Source of the DNA: Candidatus Woesebacteria bacterium | Lineage (GTDB): Bacteria > Patescibacteriota > Microgenomatia > UBA8517 | DNA length: 64,000 bases | NCBI GenBank assembly: GCA_016926185.1 | Contig: JAFGPD010000042.1 | Location: 1,985 to 65,984 of the forward strand | Direction: 5' to 3' | Shown: in pieces, positions 55,527 through 62,567 of the stretch | Layout of the letters: every line of letters begins with the position of its first letter | Position numbering within the stretch: the first letter of the stretch is position 1 | Position numbers and translations under genes: made by a program | Notes under the pieces: model-generated | What the model was told of the DNA's origin: nothing | The model's database searches: none | What the model saw: only the letters and a program-made list of their open reading frames with translations

Positions 55527-56912
55527 CTATCTTGTAGAATAGATTTTATTCCACTCGTGATTAAAAATAGTTCTTTCCCCGCTCTCAATTCTTGTTTTTT
55601 GTATTGACAACCACTTTTCTAAATCTTTTATGTCTATTGCAGGTTGTTGGGCATTGTGAAAGCTCTGACTTTTTACCCAACCAAAATATTTTTTTGTATC
55701 TGAGATGGCTCCGAGAATAATGAGAGTAAAAATAATTGAGGTTATTGGCAAATAGTAAACCGAACTGAGCTTTTTAAAGTGTTGTACAATGCATTGTAGA
55801 CCAACTGAAGCAAAAAAATAGATAATTGGGATTATTGCTATGCCTCTACTCCAATTTGGTATGTAAATACTCGGCAGTTGAAATATAAGAATATTCAATA
55901 AATATACTAGAAGCCACAAAAAAGAGCCTCCTTTCTTTGTGAAATATGCGATTAAACCAAACCAAAATAGTATTTTTATAATACTGTTAATGCAAGCAGA
56001 TTTCGGTGGAACATATCTAGGATTTTCAAAACCCTCTGAGGAAACATTTTCATCAAAAAATATTAAGCCTTTTGTGGCGTAAACTAATTGGTGCTTAATG
56101 ATCTGAAATTTATTACTAGGTGGGATATTGTAGTAGGAGTTTTTCTGGTTAAAAACGTATAGTGACGAGGGACGTAAAAGATATTGTGTGGGTTTTTTTA
56201 GAGCGACAAATAGCTGTGGAGAAAATATGGTTAAAGCTATTAAGCCAGATATGACTAGGGATTTGAGCTTTATTATTTTTTGAAAAGAACTTTTTTTTAA
56301 AGTATCAATTAATAAGACTGTATAAGTTGCTATGGCATATATCCTACCCCCCATATAATTATAAAGGACTATAGCAGATAGGATGCCGAGAAGGACATAA
56401 TATTTAATGGAACGCTTTTCTAATACCTTTTTGGTACAAAGCAATAGAAGCAGTCCTGGAAAAAGACAATCAATATTTATCCAAGATAATCTTGAAAAAT
56501 TCAGGAACCAGTAGTTGCTTGAGAATGCAAAAGCCATTAAAAGAGCAATGTTTTTGTTGACATAACTTTTTATTATTAAATAAAAAGGAATAAGACTTGC
56601 TGTTGCTAAAGTTGCAGTGATGAGTCTGACAGCAAGCATGCTTCTTTCAATACCAAATAATTTAATACTAAGGTACTTAAAAAGGTAGATTGTGTATGAA
56701 ACGCTACCATCATGGGTAAGATTGAAAAAGTTCCCGTTTTTTTGAAACATTATTTCCAGAGGGTGTAAGATACTTCCCGTTTCATCTCCGTTAATGACTG
56801 AAGGTATTTCAGAAAGTTTGTAGACCCTAATCATAAAGGAATAACTAATTATTAGTAAAAAAAATATTAGCTCTAAACAATCTTTTCTTGATAGTTTTTT
56901 AAGCTTTGCCAT
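55527..56912 (-). CDS. ArnT/PMT-like (COG1807) membrane glycosyltransferase paralog
   Basis: SVINGDETGSILHP DE motif. Polytopic membrane protein of 461 aa. Confidence 0.6.
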   Translation of the reverse strand: MAKLKKLSRKDCLELIFFLLIISYSFMIRVYKLSEIPSVINGDETGSILHPLEIMFQKNGNFFNLTHDGSVSYTIYLFKYLSIKLFGIERSMLAVRLITATLATASLIPFYLIIKSYVNKNIALLMAFAFSSNYWFLNFSRLSWINIDCLFPGLLLLLCTKKVLEKRSIKYYVLLGILSAIVLYNYMGGRIYAIATYTVLLIDTLKKSSFQKIIKLKSLVISGLIALTIFSPQLFVALKKPTQYLLRPSSLYVFNQKNSYYNIPPSNKFQIIKHQLVYATKGLIFFDENVSSEGFENPRYVPPKSACINSIIKILFWFGLIAYFTKKGGSFLWLLVYLLNILIFQLPSIYIPNWSRGIAIIPIIYFFASVGLQCIVQHFKKLSSVYYLPITSIIFTLIILGAISDTKKYFGWVKSQSFHNAQQPAIDIKDLEKWLSIQKTRIESGERTIFNHEWNKIYSTR

Positions 56913-56934
56913 AAAACTATTTTAACCGATTTTG

Positions 56935-57762
56935 CTAGATTGCAAGGAAGAAAGTCAGGAGGATTATTGCTAATGTGCCGATAATAAGTGTGTAGGTTGG
57001 ATAGGATGTTCCAGCTGCAGTCAGTTGGTCAGGTGTGGGTGATGCCTGAGCAATATAGACAGTTGTAGGAGTAGGTGTGACCTGCGCGATGTAAGTTGGT
57101 GTTGGCGTGTTTGAAGGAGCTGGAGTTGTTGTTCCGGTCGGTGTTGGTGTGGCAGTGGGATCTGGTGTTGAGGTTCCAGTCGGGGTGGGTGTTGCGGTTG
57201 GTACGGGAGTTGTTGTTCCAGTTGGTGTCGGTGTGGATGTGTTTGTCGGGGTGGGTGTTGCAGTTGGTGTGACTGTTACGGTCGGTGTAGCACTTATAGT
57301 CGGTGTTGGTGTCTCTTCCGGCCTTTCGAGATTGAAGGTTAACTGTTCGCAGGAGATAACCGGAGAGTCTTGGCCGGAATCTTGGCAGTCCTTTGTCCCA
57401 ATGACTTGCCAATTAAAAGGTTCGCTGGGAACATCTACCATACCAAGGGTTGATCCTTGGCCGGGAGGTAATGCGGGAACTTCAAATTCAGCAACCTGAA
57501 CACCATTGATTTTTACCTGTGCCTTTTGACTGGGTTCACTTCTGGTGGAATCATTTTTTACTGTAACAACACCTGATCCACTGACACCGAAGTTGTAACT
57601 GCTGCAATCCCAAGCGAACGACTCATCCGGAGAAGTTGGGGTTACTGATTCCTGCCTAAGTTGGTACAGACGAAATGCTGTAAAAACAGCAATGCCAGCC
57701 AGGATCACTGTAAAGGTGATTATTGCAATTGTTGGTAATTTTTCTTTTACAAAATCTTTCAT
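56935..57762 (-). CDS. Pro/Thr-repeat surface protein with N-terminal anchor and C-terminal hydrophobic tail
   Basis: Signal/anchor (IAIITFTVILAGIAVFTAF), a ~100-aa domain with 4 Cys, about 90 aa of (T/P) repeats, QLTAAG followed by a C-terminal TM. It is a paralog of 58771-59520. Confidence 0.5.
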   Translation of the reverse strand: MKDFVKEKLPTIAIITFTVILAGIAVFTAFRLYQLRQESVTPTSPDESFAWDCSSYNFGVSGSGVVTVKNDSTRSEPSQKAQVKINGVQVAEFEVPALPPGQGSTLGMVDVPSEPFNWQVIGTKDCQDSGQDSPVISCEQLTFNLERPEETPTPTISATPTVTVTPTATPTPTNTSTPTPTGTTTPVPTATPTPTGTSTPDPTATPTPTGTTTPAPSNTPTPTYIAQVTPTPTTVYIAQASPTPDQLTAAGTSYPTYTLIIGTLAIILLTFFLAI

Positions 57763-57768
57763 ATTAGT

Positions 57769-58716
57769 TTAGAACCATCCTAGTGTTGAATGATAAACTT
57801 CACCTTTTACGTTGAAATCAAGTTGCCCTTCAGGGATCTCGTATTCAATGAAGAACTCCTCCGTTGACGGCTTTTTTTCAGTTGTTTCTAGAGCGGCTGT
57901 TGTGTTTATGGTAAATCTTGCTTTTTCAATAACTCCTTCAGTTGCTGAACCGCTGACTGAAAAACGAATCATGTCACCAGCCTCTAGTTGTTTCAGGTCG
58001 TTAGAGGACAGCACATTCCATGAAGTGTCATAAGCTTTTACTTCATTGCAGACAGCTGTTATGTTGTTGGGCACATCTGTTGGTGTGGCTGTAGGTTCTG
58101 GGCAGACACATGACTCTTCTTCACTACACTGAGGATTTCTGCATAGCTTACTGATACATTGTAAACTTTCCTGACAATCTGCATTATTAGTGCAAGGTTG
58201 ATTGCAAGAAGCCGGAGGTGGTGTTGTTGGTGTGGGCATTGGAGTTGCAGTTGGTTCTGGCAGATCCTCCATCCATACTTGGATGTTGCTTATATCTTTG
58301 CATGAGTTTCCTGATGAATATCTTTCCCAGCGGAAACTGTTATTGTCTATTTCAACTTTGTAACAGCCATTATCCCCTCCATTAGGTTCAAATTTCACCT
58401 CTTCACCAGGTTTATTGGTAATGAAAAGATGACTGATATAACGGTTTACTTCCCTGAATCCTTCGTTTCCTGGATCTTCAAAAACAACACAGTCTGGTGA
58501 GTGGGTGCATTCGGATGCACTTGAAGCAAGCTCTCGCAGTTCTTGCTGTCTTTTGACCAGAATCACTCCCGCAAAGACTGCACCCATCAGTATGATGACT
58601 GATGCTATAGCAATTATTATTTTCTTGGGTGATTTATTCTTATCCGGATCCGACGAGGTTATTGCAGGACTTTGCAAAGTTGACTGTGGAATTTGACTTT
58701 CTTGTTGTGCAGGCAT
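57769..58716 (-). CDS. membrane-anchored Cys-rich extracellular protein with PT linker
   Basis: Anchor (IIIAIASVIILMGAVFAGVILV), two domains separated by PEPTATPMPTPTTPPP, a Cys-rich EGF-like stretch (CNQPCTNNADCQESLQCISKLCRNPQCSEEESCVC), and a C-terminal ...HSTLGWF. Confidence 0.5.
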   Translation of the reverse strand: MPAQQESQIPQSTLQSPAITSSDPDKNKSPKKIIIAIASVIILMGAVFAGVILVKRQQELRELASSASECTHSPDCVVFEDPGNEGFREVNRYISHLFITNKPGEEVKFEPNGGDNGCYKVEIDNNSFRWERYSSGNSCKDISNIQVWMEDLPEPTATPMPTPTTPPPASCNQPCTNNADCQESLQCISKLCRNPQCSEEESCVCPEPTATPTDVPNNITAVCNEVKAYDTSWNVLSSNDLKQLEAGDMIRFSVSGSATEGVIEKARFTINTTAALETTEKKPSTEEFFIEYEIPEGQLDFNVKGEVYHSTLGWF

Positions 58717-58770
58717 TTTGGACTAGATGATTTATCTAATCATAACCCACTAGAGGTACATGATTCAACC

Positions 58771-59520
58771 TTAAGTAATGTTTTTTGAGAAGATGTAAAT
58801 TGTTCCGAGGATAGAGGATACAGAAAGGAAAGTTATTAGAAGCGTTATGTTACTGGATCCTGTATCGGGTAACTGGTTTGTTTCTGAGACTTGTAGAGTA
58901 TTAGGTGTAGGAGTGGGGGTATTTGTCTGGTTGTTTTGACTTTGTGTGGTTGTTGGAATGGGCGTGCTTGTTACAGTTGTTGGTGTAGCTGTCGGAGTTG
59001 GTGTATTTGTAGGATTTATGGTAGATGAGCTGGGGGTTGGTGTGGGGGTTGAAGTAGGGAAGGTCTGCGCGTTTGCCACTTTTACGATCAGTGTGTTGCA
59101 GCTTTGTGTTTCATGAAGGGTTCCGGATTGGTTTCCTGAACAAAGTATGTCACCATCGATGTTCCAGTTGAAATCCCCGGCAGGCAAGTTGATACCACCT
59201 ATCTCTGCATTTGTCTGAGGGTCCAATGCTGGAATTGAAAAACTGCCCAAAGATTGACCTCCTACGACAATCTCAATATTCTGGGACGGTTGAGAGTCTC
59301 CGGAAACATTGCTAATTCTAATTACACCGTTTGTGTCAATCAGCATTTGATATTCTTCACAAGAAAATGCATATACGTTTCCCTGTGGAACATTTGGTGC
59401 AACCGGCTCTTCTCTCAATTGGTATAAACGATATGCAGTGAATGACGCAACTATTGCGAGAACTATCGTACTTATTATTATAACTGAGATGAAATATTTG
59501 TTTTTTTTAAGATCTTTCAT
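58771..59520 (-). CDS. Pro/Thr-repeat surface protein with LPXTG-type sorting signal
   Basis: N-terminal signal/anchor, a Cys-containing domain, PT repeats, then LPDTG followed by a hydrophobic segment and a K-containing tail (canonical sortase substrate architecture). Confidence 0.55.
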   Translation of the reverse strand: MKDLKKNKYFISVIIISTIVLAIVASFTAYRLYQLREEPVAPNVPQGNVYAFSCEEYQMLIDTNGVIRISNVSGDSQPSQNIEIVVGGQSLGSFSIPALDPQTNAEIGGINLPAGDFNWNIDGDILCSGNQSGTLHETQSCNTLIVKVANAQTFPTSTPTPTPSSSTINPTNTPTPTATPTTVTSTPIPTTTQSQNNQTNTPTPTPNTLQVSETNQLPDTGSSNITLLITFLSVSSILGTIYIFSKNIT

Positions 59521-59526
59521 GATTTT

Positions 59527-60378
59527 TTAGAACCATCCAAAAGTGCTATGTTTTAACTCAACCTCAATTTGTAGCTTGTCTACATCTTCCGGTATGGTGT
59601 ATTGCATATATAGTTCATTGCTTTCTGGTTTTATTAGGTTTGTTGGTTGTTGAATGGTGTTATTGATAATAAACCTTGCTTGTTCGATAGATCCGGCATT
59701 AGTTATTGAGGCAACAGCTATATAAATATTATCACCGGCATTAAGGTCGTTTTCTGAGATCTGGTTCCAATCGTTGTCATAGATTTTTATATCTCTGCAC
59801 TGTGAGACTACAGGGTCATTAGTTTGTTCAGGTATCTCTATCATCCAGACCTGGATATTGACGATATTTTTACACTCACTCTCTGGTCCAACTCTTTCCC
59901 AAGTCAGACTATTACCGTCAATTAGTGTTCGGTAACATCCATCTTCTGTAGTTCCGGCACCAAAGATATTGGCATTCTCGTCGGTTAGGTAGACATCATA
60001 AATAATTCCGTTTATCTGATAAGAACCGTTATCGTCTGGATCTTGCAGAATAATACAGTTGTCTGATTGTAGGCAGTCTTGCTCGCTGGCTTTACTTCTG
60101 ATCTCCTGCTGCTGGTTTACTAGAAAAACCCCGGCCATTACTCCTCCTGCAAGTATAAAAATACTTAGTATGGTTGCGATTATTTTTCCTGTGGCTGTTT
60201 TGGCTCCAGGTTGTGGTGAGGTGATGAAATCTTGCATACCTCCTGTTTCCACTGCGGGCGGGTTTGTATTTTGATCGGGAATTAGCTTTTCAGACGTTTC
60301 ACCTTGGTTGGATATCTGAGGATAAGACTGCGAGCCGGGCAAAGTAGAGGTTGTCGATGTTGCATTATCGTCGTTCAT
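59527..60378 (-). CDS. membrane-anchored Cys-rich extracellular protein (paralog of 57769-58716)
   Basis: Same architecture and conserved C-terminus ...KHSTFGWF. Start placed at MNDDN so that it abuts the upstream gene (5-nt gap) instead of overlapping it. Confidence 0.5.
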   Translation of the reverse strand: MNDDNATSTTSTLPGSQSYPQISNQGETSEKLIPDQNTNPPAVETGGMQDFITSPQPGAKTATGKIIATILSIFILAGGVMAGVFLVNQQQEIRSKASEQDCLQSDNCIILQDPDDNGSYQINGIIYDVYLTDENANIFGAGTTEDGCYRTLIDGNSLTWERVGPESECKNIVNIQVWMIEIPEQTNDPVVSQCRDIKIYDNDWNQISENDLNAGDNIYIAVASITNAGSIEQARFIINNTIQQPTNLIKPESNELYMQYTIPEDVDKLQIEVELKHSTFGWF

Positions 60379-60382
60379 ATTT

Positions 60383-60739
60383 TCATTGTTCAAGATCACT
60401 ACTGGGAGTTGCTTGTTGCTCGTTGGGTGTAACACTCTCAAGAGAGACAGTTGGTGTTGGTGTTATCTCTGCTGGCTCTTCATTTATGATCTGGGTATCC
60501 CCCTGACTGCCTACCGTAAAATGTGTTACTTGACTTTCTTCAAAACGAGTCTTTCCTTTTAAACTCGATAACACTGCTTGGTCAAGAGTGGGATTGACCA
60601 GTTTTAGGAGTTCTTGGGAAACATTTACATCAACCTCGCCTGTCAATATCTTATAAACCTCGAAAAATATCCAAAAGATAATCGTAATTGTAGTGATTAT
60701 TGCGACTGTTATTAGGTTTGGTGGGTTTGATTTTTTCAC
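60383..60739 (-). CDS. small single-pass membrane protein with PT tail (pilus-assembly accessory?)
   Basis: N-terminal TM (LITVAIITTITIIFWIFF), a ~60-aa domain, and a PTPT tail. It lies between the PilO-like gene and the surface-protein cassettes. Confidence 0.35.
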   Translation of the reverse strand: MKKSNPPNLITVAIITTITIIFWIFFEVYKILTGEVDVNVSQELLKLVNPTLDQAVLSSLKGKTRFEESQVTHFTVGSQGDTQIINEEPAEITPTPTVSLESVTPNEQQATPSSDLEQ

Positions 60740-60755
60740 TTATGGCTGTCTTTTT

Positions 60756-61400
60756 TTAATGTTGATCAAAAGATCTGTAAGGTGCCTGTGCATTTAGTGT
60801 CAATACTAAATTTATCTTTCCTGTATCCTTATTTTCTGTGGATACAATTGAGGTGTTAATGATCTTTATTGGTTGGTAAAGATCCTCCAGATCTTTAATA
60901 AAACTATATAATGATCCATACTCTCCAACAACGCTTATGTTAAATGATATGTAAGTGTTATCTTCTTTGGATTTGTTCTTTGAGATTCCGAGTACTTTAG
61001 TTTCTCCAATGTTCACGCTCTGCGCTATCAGACTATTCTTTTCAACGAGTCCTTCGAGCTGATAGGTGAGCGTGTCAGCTTCCGGATTTTCTGGTATGGA
61101 ATTTTTCAAAAGACCTATGTTTTCTCTTTCTCTGTAGTAAAGAGCTTGTGCCTGTGATATCGTTTCAATTTTGTCATCAAGCTTTTGAACTAACTGCTCT
61201 TTGGCATCGATCTCTTTGATCAATTCCGCTATTGTCAGAATTGTGGGTCTTAAAGCAAAGATGGAAAAGACGGAAATTGTAACAAGTGACAAAAGGATCT
61301 CAAGATAGATCCTTATGTCAGTTCTTTCTTTATATCTGTCAACAGTATTTAAAAGATAAGATTTATAACGTAAATATTTTTGTCGCCAATTTCCTTGCAT
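60756..61400 (-). CDS. PilO-like type IV pilus assembly protein
   Basis: Short cytoplasmic N-terminus, a single TM, a coiled coil (TIAELIKEIDAKEQLVQKLDDKIETISQAQ), then an alpha/beta C-terminal domain. PilO-like architecture immediately downstream of PilN. Confidence 0.55.
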   Translation of the reverse strand: MQGNWRQKYLRYKSYLLNTVDRYKERTDIRIYLEILLSLVTISVFSIFALRPTILTIAELIKEIDAKEQLVQKLDDKIETISQAQALYYRERENIGLLKNSIPENPEADTLTYQLEGLVEKNSLIAQSVNIGETKVLGISKNKSKEDNTYISFNISVVGEYGSLYSFIKDLEDLYQPIKIINTSIVSTENKDTGKINLVLTLNAQAPYRSFDQH

Positions 61401-61403
61401 TAA

Positions 61404-61985
61404 TTATAATTTTATATTAATCAAAAATTTCATGAACGGTGCAAACTCTTGGTCGGTTTCTACTGAACCAAGAGATACACTTTTAAAGATCTTCCTGCTT
61501 TCTAGGTTTGTGAGGAATTGCTGGATAGAGAACTCATCCAGACTTCTTCCTTCTAAGTTAACATTCTCAGCATTGTAATTTATCTTTACTAAATAGAACT
61601 CCTGACTTTCGGGAAGACTTTTTGTTATACCTGAATGACTGTCTGGAGCCTTAGTGTGGTCTTTTGAAAACTCACTAAAAATACTTAACAGTTCTTGATT
61701 GTTCTCAAATTCTTTTTCAAAATTTTTTGTTGCTTCAAGGACCGCGACTTTTTGTTTAATCTCATCATTTAAGTCGGTATTTTGGGCATCTAACCAAAAT
61801 CGCGACATGAAAGCGATCATGACGATTATTTCAGTGACGATAACAACAACCCTGAAGGTTGAGAGTGCCCATACGAGTATCCTTCCTGAAGTTGTTGCCG
61901 TGAAGCCCTCTCTTGGAATAAGGTTGATCGTGTTTTTGCGTTTCTTTTTTGCCATGGACAGTTGCCACAAAAATTCTTTAACCAA
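61404..61985 (-). CDS. PilN-like type IV pilus assembly protein
   Basis: N-terminal KKKRKNTINLIPREGF (the INLLP motif conserved in PilN), a single TM, then a periplasmic coiled-coil domain. Confidence 0.6.
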   Translation of the reverse strand: MVKEFLWQLSMAKKKRKNTINLIPREGFTATTSGRILVWALSTFRVVVIVTEIIVMIAFMSRFWLDAQNTDLNDEIKQKVAVLEATKNFEKEFENNQELLSIFSEFSKDHTKAPDSHSGITKSLPESQEFYLVKINYNAENVNLEGRSLDEFSIQQFLTNLESRKIFKSVSLGSVETDQEFAPFMKFLINIKL

Positions 61986-62150
61986 TAAAGATATAGGTTT
62001 TTATGGATAGTTTCAATATATCATAACTGAAATAGTGAAAGAAGAGTTTCTGCCTATGTTGATAGACTTTGTAACTGGGCACCTTTGTTCTAGCCAGCAA
62101 TGGAATAAATAATAGCGTTTCTTCAGAAAGACCGAGATCAGATGTTTTTA

Positions 62151-62405
62151 TTACTTATCTTTTTTTGAGGAAGAACTTTTGATTACTGACAATCTGCTCT
62201 TTAATCTGGCGGCTTTGTTTTTGTGGATCAGATTTTTCTGTTCCGCCTTGTCTATTAGTGACATTGCTTTTTTTATAGCCTCTTTGGTTTTTTTATTCTT
62301 AGCCTCTCTGATGGCCACTTCATACCTTGCAGAGAAGGTTTTATTTACTTCCTGCTTTCTTTTTGATGACCTGAGCGCTCTTTTAGCAGTTTTGGTTATT
62401 GGCAT
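62151..62405 (-). CDS. rpsT: 30S ribosomal protein S20
   Basis: MPITKTAKRALRSSKRKQEVNKTFSARYEVAIREAKNKKTKEAIKKAMSLIDKAEQKNLIHKNKAARLKSRLS matches S20. The ORF-track N-terminal extension was trimmed to this conserved start. Confidence 0.8.
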   Translation of the reverse strand: MPITKTAKRALRSSKRKQEVNKTFSARYEVAIREAKNKKTKEAIKKAMSLIDKAEQKNLIHKNKAARLKSRLSVIKSSSSKKDK

Positions 62406-62567
62406 ATCTTGTTTTACAAATGCTACCTTGCGATTATAGTTTATCGGGACTAAAATCTCAAATAAGAAGGCTCTTTTGTTGTTGTATTTTTTCTGAACGG
62501 AGTTTATATTTTGGGGAATGTTGATTTCCTCTGTTATACTTTCCGAGATATTTTTTATTTTTTTCAT

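Noticed and set aside
57029-57499. Overlapping 127-aa (-) and 130-aa (+) ORFs, and a periodic nucleotide repeat that might be mistaken for a CRISPR-like array
   Set aside because: The periodicity comes from Thr-Pro (ACN-CCN) coding repeats within the PT-rich surface-protein gene. There are no constant repeats of 25-40 nt with unique spacers, so this is not a CRISPR array. The extra ORFs are repeat-driven artefacts.
62151-62567. 138-aa ORF-track call for the S20 gene
   Set aside because: The first 54 codons (MKKIKNISES...) are not part of S20. They overlap the murJ start and promoter region. The conserved S20 N-terminus MPITKTAKRAL begins at the internal Met, so the gene was trimmed to 62151-62405.
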